A DNA stretch of 50,362 nt, the filler included, from an uncultured virus (IMG/VR IMGVR_UViG_2049941000_000870) (taxonomy: Duplodnaviria > Heunggongvirae > Uroviricota > Caudoviricetes). It is 5 parts of one record of this genome, joined end to end, with 100 filler letters (N's around TTAATTAATTAA, not from the genome) between each part and the next. Parts side by side here need not be neighbours in the genome. Positions count along the whole stretch, not along the records: positions 1 to 18,003 come from IMGVR_UViG_2049941000_000870; positions 18,104 to 22,672 come from IMGVR_UViG_2049941000_000870; 3 more parts are not named here. The stretch is one strand, 5' to 3'. The first letter of the stretch is position 1; each line of letters starts with the position of its first letter. Positions 9,315-18,347 of this stretch are shown one piece after another. The notes beneath the pieces were generated by a model that was not told the origin of the DNA, made no database searches, and saw only the letters and a program-made list of their open reading frames with translations. The position numbers and the translations under genes were made by a program.

Positions 9315-9860
9315 CTGTCCAGGCTGCTGGGCTGGTTCCACCTGGGCTGGCTGCTCGGCCTGCGCCGCGCCGCCTCCCTGGGCCTGTCCCTGGGTGTTGC
9401 CCTGGACATCCTCGTCGTCCCTGTAGTTGGACGGCTTGCTGTCCTCGGACTTCGATATCTCGTCCCTCCAGTTCTTGCACACGCCGTTGACCTTGCTGAG
9501 CGTCTGTATGGTCTTGTCCGAAATCGGAAGATACGGGTTCGACCACAGGTAGCACCCAGCACCGTCCCCGACCTTGTACCTGAACTGGAACTTCGCGTCG
9601 TTCATCTCTGGGATTACCCCGCTTAACGTGATGTCCCCGTCCTCTGGATAGTACAGCATCGGGTTCTTGACAGTGTTGAAGTCAGCTCCGAACTCCTGCT
9701 TGGCCGCCGCAAGCACGTTGGTCATGAGTGTGTCCTGCGCCGTGTACGGAACCGCGTCTGGGTTCGGGGCGTCTGGCTTCGTGGGTTTCATTTCGCTCTC
9801 CCTTATGATTCTGAGCATCTCCCTTGTGTAGTCCTTGCTCTGGTGTGTGTTTCTGGACAT
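9315..9860 (-). CDS. Hypothetical protein with Q/A/P-rich tail (3' end in gap)
   Basis: ORF from ATG 9860; the stop shown in the ORF track lies beyond gap 9305-9314. Confidence 0.7.
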
Positions 9861-9888
9861 TTTGTCTGTTGGTATCTCTCTTTTTATT

Positions 9889-10648
9889 CTAGTCGCGCCT
9901 GAGGCCCATCGCGGTGAACACCCTGTTCAGGAAGCTCCGCTTCTGTGACGGCGACGGTATCTTGTTGACCTTCACCTCTGGCTGCGGCTCCTGTTTCGGN
10001 NNNNNNNNNTCGGTTGCTCGGCTTTGGGTTGTTCGGCCTTCGGTTGCTCGGTTTGCGGCTGCTCCTGGCTGTTATCCTTGGCAAACTTCTCGACAAGCTC
10101 CCTGAAGCTGTCCTGGTTGTCCACCGTGAACTCGACGCCGTTGTCCTTGGGCTCTTCCGCCTTCACGGCATCCGCTTCAAGCTCTGGCTGTTTCTCGACC
10201 GTTTCTTCAACCGTATTGACTGGCGTTTCAGTCTTTGCCTCCCCTGTTTTCACAGGCTCGGCCTTCGCCTTCGGCTTCCTCCCCCTGTTGGCGCCAGTCT
10301 TCCGCGCGCCTTCGGGTTTTTCAGCCTTGTCCGCCTTCGCATCCTGTTTCGGCTTGTCGGCCTGTTTCGGCTTCGGGGCCGCCTTGGGCTTGTCGGTCTT
10401 CTTTTCCGTTTCCGCGGGTTTCACGGCCTTCTTCTCGGCCTGCGCCCCGTCCTGGACCGCCTTCGGCTTCCTGCCGCGCTTCGGTTTCTGCGCCTGCTCG
10501 GTTTTGGGTTCNNNNNNNNNNTCGGCTCGTCGGTTTTCATAACTTCATCCGCCTGCGGTTCCACGGGGGCCGCCTGCATGATGGCCGTAGGTTCGGCCTT
10601 CCTTGTCTTTCCGCCCTTCTTGGCGGGTGTCTTCTTTGCTGTTGCCAT
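9889..10648 (-). CDS. Low-complexity K/A/P/E-rich histone H1-like protein with two AT-hook-like motifs (two small gaps)
   Basis: MATAKKTPAKKGGKTRK...PKRGRKPK...NRGRKPK...AEQPK repeats...FLNRVFTAMGLRRD*, joined across the gaps. Confidence 0.65.
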
Positions 10649-10665
10649 TTTGAATAAATATTTGT

Positions 10666-11349
10666 TTAGTTGTAAAGTTTCTTGTACTCCTCGTATGACT
10701 TGTCCCCCATAGCCATCAGCTGCATCTTCTCGATGCACGTGTCCTTGATTTGCCTGACCCTCTCCTGGGTCAGCCCGAGCTCCTTGCCGATTTCGGACAG
10801 CGACATCTCGCTTTCGCCGTCCAGCCCGAAATACGCGGCCAGCACCCTGCGCTCCCTCTTCGTCAGGCATTTCAGCAGGTCGGCAACCGCCTCCCTCTTG
10901 TCGTTCACACCGACGATGTCCTCCTCGAACTCGGTGTTTATCAGCTCGTCGTCGAACCTCCTCTCGAACACATAGTCGTCAAGGCTTGAGAATTCCTTGT
11001 CCGTGTTCTGCGCCTTCACGAAATCGTCTATCGCCTGCGTGACCCACGGTTTGGCGCATGTTATGAACTTGGTGCCCCTGTTCGGGTCGAACTTCCTTGC
11101 GGCCTTTATCAGCCCGAGGTTCCCCTCCGATATAAGGTCGTAAAGCGGTATCCCGCTCCATGCGAACCTCTTCGCTATCGTTATCACATATTTTAGGTTG
11201 GCCACGACAAGCTCGTTCAAAGCCTGCTCGTCGCCAGCCTGGATTCTCTCGGCCAGCTCCCTCTCCTTATCCCTGTCCAGCTTGCATGCGCACTTGAGGG
11301 TGTCGCAGTAGTTGGACAGGTCTGTCATGTTACCTTCGTAGTAAGCCAA
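10666..11349 (-). CDS. Phage-encoded sigma-70 family RNA polymerase sigma factor (regions 1.2, 2 and 4)
   Basis: ANLKYVITIAKRF..DLISEGNLGLIKAARKFDPNRGTKF (region 2) and SLSEIGKELGLTQERVRQIK (region 4 HTH). Start is TTG 11349 or ATG 11328. Confidence 0.92.
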   Translation of the reverse strand: MAYYEGNMTDLSNYCDTLKCACKLDRDKERELAERIQAGDEQALNELVVANLKYVITIAKRFAWSGIPLYDLISEGNLGLIKAARKFDPNRGTKFITCAKPWVTQAIDDFVKAQNTDKEFSSLDDYVFERRFDDELINTEFEEDIVGVNDKREAVADLLKCLTKRERRVLAAYFGLDGESEMSLSEIGKELGLTQERVRQIKDTCIEKMQLMAMGDKSYEEYKKLYN

Positions 11350-11383
11350 TTCTAATCACTTCCCATATATCTGTTATTCAATG

Positions 11384-11398
11384 TATAATATACAAAAA
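11384..11398 (-). promoter_or_regulatory. Putative early/middle promoter motif (sense TTTTTGTATATTATA)
   Basis: + strand TATAATATACAAAAA; identical at 14926 and 43041, near-identical at 17118. Confidence 0.6.
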
Positions 11399-11423
11399 TT
11401 TTCGTATAAAAACAAAAAAAAAA

Positions 11424-12214
11424 TCATATAAGTCCGCTTGCTGTTCTGTCGGACTCCAGTGAATCGAGGTAATATTGGACCGCACCGCAGTATCTCTTCA
11501 TGAAATGCATGCGCACATTTTCGGACCATTTCACCATTCTGCTTGAGAATTCCTGGAAGTCAAACCTGCCTTTCACACAAGGCACACCTGATTTATTGAA
11601 CCAATTGGTTATCAAATCATTGACTGTCTTGGCTGTACTTTCGTCGCACTCCGACAGATGGTGTTTCAAGTCGATTGTGAATTTCCTGTAGTTCCTGTAC
11701 GAAGACGTGGCCTTGAGTTTTTTATGGATGTTTCGCCTTGTCGCACTGAGCATTGCAAGTTCCTCGCATACCTGCCCTATGAACGCGTTTTCCTCTGATT
11801 TGGCTGAAAGGTAGCACCCGAAGCCTATCGTGCCGAGAAGGTGTATCCCATACTTTGCGCCGACGGCCATCAGTTCCGCCGCGCCAGTGTGCTTCGGGGA
11901 CACGCACAGGCTTTCGTGCCCGAGGTTCATCCATTTCCAGTCGTCGTACAGGTGCGTGACCTCGTGGCTGATGCACGCGACGAGCCATNNNNNNNNNNCT
12001 TCAGTGTTTGAAACCACGGATTTTCAAGGGAAAAATCGAACACCCCAGAAGTGCGGCCATATCTGAACATGGTGTTAATCTGGGCACACACATATTCTGA
12101 CAGCCTTTCCTTCAGCTGGTCGGTCTCCGTGTTCCTGTGCAGTTTCTCCGAAAGCATGGTCCTGCACTCGTCGACGGTGAGATTCCTGGGCTCTATGTCT
12201 GCCTTTCTTAACAT
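11424..12214 (-). CDS. Putative zincin-like metallopeptidase (gapped)
   Basis: N-terminus MLRKADIEP..., and after the gap ISHEVTHLYD...SEENAF (HExxH plus a downstream E). Confidence 0.55.
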
Positions 12215-12218
12215 AACA

Positions 12219-12226
12219 TATAAATA
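12219..12226 (-). promoter_or_regulatory. Putative late promoter motif (sense TATTTATA)
   Basis: + strand TATAAATA 4 bp upstream of the 12214 start. Confidence 0.55.
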
Positions 12227-12235
12227 TCCAAACAG

Positions 12236-14895
12236 TTACATTTTGTCTGAAAACACTATCGAGCTTATGTTGTCCCTCTTGGTCACTGTTATGCGCTGGC
12301 TGTGCCAGTCGTGCAGAAGCTCGTTGTGGGTAATGTGCAGTATGAAGTCGTAGTTGTTCACAATCCTGTTGTAGAGCTCCCTGACGTTGTCGTAGTTTGT
12401 AACTGCCACGCCTTCAAGCACTTCATCCAGTGTTAATGCGTTAGGTTTGGACATGGAGCTGATTCCAGCGAGCGCCGACCTGAGCGCCAGGCTGGCCATG
12501 GTCCCCTCGAACCCAGACGCAGCCGTCCCGAGGTCCATCGCGACGCCGTCCCGCTGAAGGCTGATAGTCACGTAGTTCTTGTCGTCCACACCTAATACCA
12601 CCTCGAAGTCGCACAGCCCGTCCAGAATCCTGGCCACTTCGTTGTTGATTATCGGGAGGGCGTCCCTGAGCACCTGCTNNNNNNNNNNNNNNNNNNNNNN
12701 NNNNNNNNNNNNNNNNNNNNNNNNNNNNNNNNNCGTTCTTGCCGACCATCTCAAGGTAAAGGTTCCAGTCCCGTATGAGTTTCTCCTCTTCCAACAGCTT
12801 GTCCATCAGCTGCTTCTTGTCCGCTATATTCTTCTCGTCGGCCGCTATGTCCTTCTTCAGCCCCTCTATCTCGGCGAACCTTGCATCCCTGACAAGCTGC
12901 TCCGCCTTAATCGACGCCTCGACCACACCGACCTTGGCCCTGGTCTCTCCGTTGTACCTGATATTCTCGGCGTTAGTGGCCATGTCGGCAAGCGTGGTCT
13001 CAATCTGGGCGATTCTCATCTTGATGTTCTCGATGTTCGTGTGCGTCGCGCTCATCTTCAGTTCCAGCTGGGCTTTCCTTGTCACCTCGGAGCTGGCCTT
13101 GTCGTATACCTTCAGGTCCTCGGACAGTTTCTCTGTCTCGGTCCCGAGGCGCTCTATTCTAGCCTTGTTCGCCACGCCTTCGGCTATAAGCGCATCCTCT
13201 CGGACCTTTATGTCGGCAAGCTGGGCGTCCATCTCGCCGTCCNNNNNNNNNNNNNNNNNNNNNNNNNNNNNNNNNNNNNNNNNNNNNNNNNNNNNNNNNN
13301 NNNNNNNNNNNNNNNNNNNNNNNNNNNNNNNNNNNNNNNNNNNNNNNNNNNNNNNNNNNNNNNNNNNNNNNNNNNNNNNNNNNNNNNNNNNNNNNNNNNN
13401 NNNNNNNNNNNNNNNNNNNNNNNNNNNNNNNGCTATCACATGCCCGCAAGTCGGGCACTTGCCCTGGGCGCACAGGTCCGAAATCCTCTGCCTTTCCTTC
13501 CTGAGCAGGCCTATCTCGGTCTTCAGCTCCGCGTTGGCTATCTCAACCGCCTTCTGGTCAGCCTTCAGCGACTCGATTCGCTCAATGCACGAGGTGTGCG
13601 NNNNNNNNNNATTCCGCATCCTTGACCTCGGCGTATTCGGACTTCTGGGCGGCGAACTCGCCCCTTGCGATTGAAAGGTCTGACCCGAGCGACGACTTCT
13701 GGTTCTCCAGGGAGTTCATGTCCAGCCCGTCCAGGCCTTCCTTGACAGGCCTCATGGAAGCCAGCAGGTCGGTTTTCCTGGCATCCAGCTCGGTTATCCT
13801 TGAACTGGCGGCCTCCATCTCGGACGAAGCGGCGGAAATCCTGTCGGAACGCTCCGAGTTGGCCTTTTCCAACCCCTCGGATTCCGTCTTCAGTGTCTCC
13901 TTGTCGTATGTGTTCGACAGGAGCGACCTCTGGTAGTTGTCCTTCCAGAGTTTCTTGGCCACCTGTTCCTTCTCCTCGACGGAAAGAAGCCCCAGCCACC
14001 TGGAAAACAGCCTGCCCTTGTCGGTCTGGCCCATCCTGAGCAGCTCGCCGAGGGAGTATGATGTGGCCGATATCACCAGGTCGAAGTCCTCGACACTGCC
14101 GACAGCGTCCTTTATTATATTGTTGGTCTGCTGGACGCTCTCGCCCTCGCAGTTTTCGATAAGTTCAAGGTCGTCCCCAGTCTTCTTGAAGTACTCCAGC
14201 TTCTGCACGCACTTGCTCTTCGCGGTGCGCCTCTTGAGGGCTGGCCTTGTCACGGTTCTCCGTATCACATAGTCGTCCCCGTCAATCTCTATGCCAGCCT
14301 CCACAGAGACCGTAGTCTCCTCTGGCAGGTAGGAGTTGAACACGGAGGACAGGTTCGGTGACTTGTCGGCCTTCCCGAAAAGCGCGAACCTGAGCAGGTC
14401 GATGGCGAACGTGGTCTTGCCTCCCTGGTTGGCTGGCTCGCTGTTCAGCAGCACCAGCCCGTGCAGCTTGGTGAAGTCGAAGAAGTTGTCTGGACCGTAG
14501 CTCAGATAGTTCGACCATTTGACGTATTTGAACTTGTAGTTCCTGTACCTTGAGTATTGGTCGAAGTCCACGAACGCGTTGACCTGGCTGTCTATCGCGT
14601 CGATTTCGTCCCAGTCAACGTCCGTGTACCCGTTCGCCTCGATATAGGCCCGCATCATGTTCTTCTGGTGCCTCGGGTCCTGCACGCTTCTGACGACGTC
14701 GCCCGCAAGAGACACCCTTGTGCCGTCCTCGGCCACCGTGACTGGTTTGTAGTTTATGGTTACGTTGCGCTCTGGCACACCGTATTTCTCGGCGACCTCC
14801 TTCCTGAGCGCCCGCTTCTTCTGTTCGTTGTAGTCAATCGGGAGAATCTCCAGGTCTACGACTATCCTGTCCGTGGTCTTTATTCCTTCTACCAT
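12236..14895 (-). CDS. sbcC: SbcC/Rad50/gp46-like SMC ATPase (gapped)
   Basis: KWSNYLSYG, Walker A PANQGGKTT, coiled coils, CPTCG zinc hook, ASGFE signature, LTLDEV Walker B, ITHN. Confidence 0.92.
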
Positions 14896-14925
14896 GATGT
14901 TTTATCTTAAAAAAAAAATACTGCT

Positions 14926-14940
14926 TATAATATACAAAAA
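14926..14940 (-). promoter_or_regulatory. Putative early/middle promoter motif upstream of sbcC
   Basis: + strand TATAATATACAAAAA, adjacent to a hairpin (CCAGT..ACTGG) at about 14945-14965. Confidence 0.6.
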
Positions 14941-15070
14941 AAATCCAGTCTCCTTGGGAAACTGGGCAAAATATTGCATATCGATATGTTATCTTGATTT
15001 GAGTACTTTCTTCCTCGGCTTGGGCTGGACTGTTTCGGCGTCTTGGCCGNNNNNNNNNNCAACAAAGTCT

Positions 15071-15895
15071 ATGGTAAAGAAGATTATCCACATTGCGGAC
15101 CTCCACATACCGAACGACGATTCGCAGAGGCCTTATTATGAAATGCTCAAGTCATTCCTGAAACAAATGTATGTAAACGAGATACAGGGAAACGACCCGT
15201 CCGAGATTCGGATTGTCGTTGTCGGGGACATATTCCACAACAAGATAAGGGCGTCAAACGAGGCCAGGTCCTCCTTCCACGGGGTGCTGAACTACATGAA
15301 CGAGTTCTGCAGGACCTACATCGTGGCTGGGAACCACGACATGCTGGAGAACAACAGGGACAGGACTGACTCCATTGCACCTACGTTCGGAATCGAGAGC
15401 GTGTACCAGAACATCACATACCTGGACAGGGAGCTCGGCTACAAGTCTGGCGTCTATACGGACGACAACGTGGCATTCGCGCTGTTCTCCATGCACGACT
15501 CCTTCGCAAGCCCGTTCACTGGAACCGAGGATTTCAGCGGGAAAACTGTCATAGGGCTATACCACGGCGACATAGCTGGCGCCGTCACCGACGTCGGCCG
15601 TGTCTGCGAGGACGGAATCGACACAAACCTGTTCAAGCCGTGCGACTGCGTCATGTGCGGCCATATCCACAAGTTCCAGGACATAAAGAAGAACGGGGTC
15701 CATATGGTTTACCCTGGGTCGGTGTTCCAGCAGAACACTGGTGAGAACACCACTGGGCACGGGTATGTTGTATGGGACATCCCGTCCATGGATTTCAGGC
15801 ATGTCGAGGTGGAAAACGCCTACAGGATGTTCAGGTTCAGGGTCGGTTCCTATGACGCGTTCTCCGAGGACACGGAGGAGATTGTCAACCTATAG
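15071..15895 (+). CDS. sbcD: SbcD/Mre11/gp47-like metallophosphoesterase nuclease
   Basis: HIADLH, GDIFH, AGNHD, LYHG, GHIHK, YPGS motifs; the real start is ATG 15071, after the gap. Confidence 0.92.
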   Translation: MVKKIIHIADLHIPNDDSQRPYYEMLKSFLKQMYVNEIQGNDPSEIRIVVVGDIFHNKIRASNEARSSFHGVLNYMNEFCRTYIVAGNHDMLENNRDRTDSIAPTFGIESVYQNITYLDRELGYKSGVYTDDNVAFALFSMHDSFASPFTGTEDFSGKTVIGLYHGDIAGAVTDVGRVCEDGIDTNLFKPCDCVMCGHIHKFQDIKKNGVHMVYPGSVFQQNTGENTTGHGYVVWDIPSMDFRHVEVENAYRMFRFRVGSYDAFSEDTEEIVNL

Positions 15896-15993
15896 AGGTT
15901 GAAAACCTGATATCAACCTTTTACGGTTGACGGCTCCTGGACCGCTTCCAGGATAACATAAAGTCTTGGGTTTGACGGGCTTGNNNNNNNNNN

Positions 15994-16158
15994 GAGCCTG
16001 TGACGATTGAAGCCAAGGCTGACATAATTGAACCTGAAACCATAGAAATTGTGGAACATGTTGAAAACGAGGTTGTTGTGATTGAGAGGGAACCGAAGCA
16101 CACACCCTGGTACAAGCGGTTCTGGCTGTGGGTTGCGTCCATCTTCTGGCGCGACTAG
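15994..16158 (+). CDS. C-terminal fragment of an acidic protein with a hydrophobic tail
   Basis: EPVTIEAKADIIEPETIEIVEH...PWYKRFWLWVASIFWRD*; converges on the primase stop (shared CTAG). Confidence 0.55.
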   Translation, partial: EPVTIEAKADIIEPETIEIVEHVENEVVVIEREPKHTPWYKRFWLWVASIFWRD

Positions 16159-17109
16159 CGGCCTGTGTTGTCCAGCGTCCACGCATCAAGCCTGTGCGCT
16201 GAGCGCAGCAGGCTTATAACCCCTTTCTTACCGTAGTCCCTGTACATGTCCGAAGGGTCGTAACCATCTGGGCACTTTATCATCCGTACCCTTCCATTGA
16301 ATTCGGAGTCCAAGAACCTGTACATCCTGACGGCGTTTTCCCACGCGTCGTCGTCCAGCATTATGTTTATGTTCGAGCGCGAGCGCTCCTTCAGGGCCCT
16401 GAACACGGCATAGTCCGTGCCTATTGTCTTGCCGAGGAGCGGTATGGAGTTCGGGACCGCGATATGGTCGAACGGACCTTCGACAAGCGTTATGGGCTCA
16501 TACCAGTTCACCAGACCCTCGTCGAACACGACGGACTTCTTGTCCACGTCTGGGTTGTATATCTTGACCTTGGCGTTCCCAGTGTAGTCCCTTGCGGTCC
16601 AGTAGTTCAGACACCCGTACATGTCATATGACGGTATCACAACCCTGCCCCCGCATTTTCCAGAGTACATCGGGACATAGCCAATCCTGTGCCTTTCGAT
16701 AACATCCCGCCCGACACCACGCCCTTCAAGGTATTCCAACGCAACCCTGTCGGCTTTCTCGCTAATCGGTATGAATCCTTTCGGAAGCTTCAGCTCCTCT
16801 ACCTCGATTTGCTTTTCCGAATCGGAATCGGAACCGAGCGAATAGAGGTTTGACGAACGAATCGAGTCCAGCTCGTATTTCAGGGCCTCCGAATCGGAGG
16901 CGGAANNNNNNNNNNCAGCGCCAGCAGTGGCACCACAGGCCGTCTCCGTCAATCTTAACAGCCAGGTTGTACTTGCCGTCCCTGGCACCCTTCTCGTCGG
17001 CGCAGGACGGGCAGTCATACTCATACCAGCCGCCTCCGCCCCAGTCGCGCCTCGGCTCGCCAAGTACACCGTCCACAATCCGCTTTATGTTGTCCAGCCT
17101 GTCTTCCAT
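16155..17109 (-). CDS. DNA primase (Zn finger plus TOPRIM; frame broken by gap)
   Basis: CPSC...WCHCWR zinc finger, YLEGRGV, RVVIPSYD, TLVEGPFD, LLGK, MLDDDA, DPSD. Confidence 0.9.
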
Positions 17110-17117
17110 ATGCACCC

Positions 17118-17132
17118 TTTAATATACAAAAA
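17118..17132 (-). promoter_or_regulatory. Putative early/middle promoter motif upstream of primase
   Basis: + strand TTTAATATACAAAAA; overlaps the T-tract of a terminator. Confidence 0.5.
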
Positions 17133-17155
17133 AAAACCGCCTTCAAATTAGGCGG
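17128..17155 (-). terminator. Intrinsic terminator after the RuvC-like gene
   Basis: CCGCCT-loop-AGGCGG followed on the minus strand by a T run. Confidence 0.7.
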
Positions 17156-17163
17156 CCTGGCTG

Positions 17164-17943
17164 TCACTCGGCCAGTGATATCGTCTTGTTGAAATCCTCC
17201 CCGCAGAATCTGTAGGAGTACCGTATATCCGTGTCCGTAGCCTCAACGCAGACGACCGACGGCTTCGTGCCTCCGTATTCAAGCATGTTGACATACCCGA
17301 GCACACAGATAAGGCTGTCCGACGCGTCGAAGTTCTCGTTCTTCAGGTCGCCATTCTTGTTGTACACCCAGTTGATGTCTGGGAACCTTTCGGACACGTA
17401 GTTCCACAGTATATGCTTCTTCGCGCAGTCGAACGGGTATGCCCCGAAGAGGACCAGTTCGTCGCTGTTGACGGCTTTGAGTATCTTGGCCCTTGGGTAT
17501 GTCTCTCCCTTCTTGTTGTATTTCCTGACCGCCATCAGCGACGGCACGCCGTACATCCTCGCGTTGTGCGACGATATGAACGACGGTATGAGCCCGAGCA
17601 GCCCGTAAACCCTGTAGGCCACCATGCCGTTGTATCTCAGCAGAGCCGCGACCGTGTTCTGGTTGTTCGAGCCGAGCAGCGGCTCCTCTATCACGACATC
17701 GGTTATCGCGGTCGAGCCGTCGGATTCGTTGTACAGGCCGTTGCTGACCAGTATCTCCCGCAGCTTGTCCGTGAAGTTGTCGCACTTCATGAAAAGAACG
17801 CCTATGCTGTCCGTATTCTTCGGCGTCTTGTGTCTCAGGTGCGTGACAACAACTGGTTTCAGAACGCCAGCGTCGTCCTGGTACACAATGCTGACCCCAG
17901 TGCAGGCTGTCGATATGTCCAGCCCCAATATGAATTTCGCCAT
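17164..17943 (-). CDS. RuvC-like Holliday junction resolvase
   Basis: ILGLDISTACTG, VVIEEP, FDASDSL catalytic motifs; likely start MAKF at 17943. Confidence 0.8.
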   Translation of the reverse strand: MAKFILGLDISTACTGVSIVYQDDAGVLKPVVVTHLRHKTPKNTDSIGVLFMKCDNFTDKLREILVSNGLYNESDGSTAITDVVIEEPLLGSNNQNTVAALLRYNGMVAYRVYGLLGLIPSFISSHNARMYGVPSLMAVRKYNKKGETYPRAKILKAVNSDELVLFGAYPFDCAKKHILWNYVSERFPDINWVYNKNGDLKNENFDASDSLICVLGYVNMLEYGGTKPSVVCVEATDTDIRYSYRFCGEDFNKTISLAE

Positions 17944-18047
17944 TTGAATATTGCCTTTCTGTCTTATTCCACACCAATATGGCGAAACCGACACTTTTTT
18001 CAANNNNNNNNNNNNNNNNNNNNNNNNNNNNNNNNNNNNNNNNNNNN

Positions 18048-18059
18048 TTAATTAATTAA
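18048..18059. other. Artificial scaffold linker TTAATTAATTAA (also 22717-22728, 38291-38302, 42398-42409)
   Basis: Identical 12-mer with stops in all six frames, always embedded in N runs. Confidence 0.95.
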
Positions 18060-18103
18060 NNNNNNNNNNNNNNNNNNNNNNNNNNNNNNNNNNNNNNNNN
18101 NNN

Positions 18104-18307
18104 CGGTCTTCGGAATTCTGGCTGTGCCACCCTCGTCGGTGAATGTGACACCGTCTTTGAACACGGTCAGCTGGCTGTCCGACGAACCATCAACCTGCCA
18201 CTCGTCCCCCATCCCGTGCGTGTAGTCCGAACACGACAACATTTCGAAGTTCTGTGTGTCGAACACAAGGGTTTCAGTCTCCTGGTCCCACATGCCCTCG
18301 GTCCATT
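18104..18307 (-). CDS. Displaced internal fragment of the 18348-19895 gene
   Basis: 18292-18307 is identical to 19130-19145 (ATGCCCTCGGTCCATT), giving ...DGEWTEG-MWDQETETLVF in frame. Confidence 0.75.
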
Positions 18308-18324
18308 NNNNNNNNNNCTGTTAA

Positions 18325-18332
18325 TATAAATA
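18325..18332 (-). promoter_or_regulatory. Putative late promoter motif (downstream gene lost in gap)
   Basis: + strand TATAAATA just after the 18348 stop. Confidence 0.45.
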
Positions 18333-18347
18333 GATTTCCGCCACTTT

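Noticed and set aside
6257..9562. 1101-aa ORF in the track
   Set aside because: It mixes real and wrong frames across several gaps and overlaps genuine genes.
14873..15070. Hydrophobic N-terminal extension of SbcD
   Set aside because: It crosses an intergenic region and an N gap; the motif-consistent start is 15071.
17164..17943. TnpB/Cas12-like RuvC effector
   Set aside because: Compact stand-alone RuvC with the first catalytic Asp at the N-terminus, no Zn ribbon, array or IS ends; it sits beside primase like a normal resolvase.
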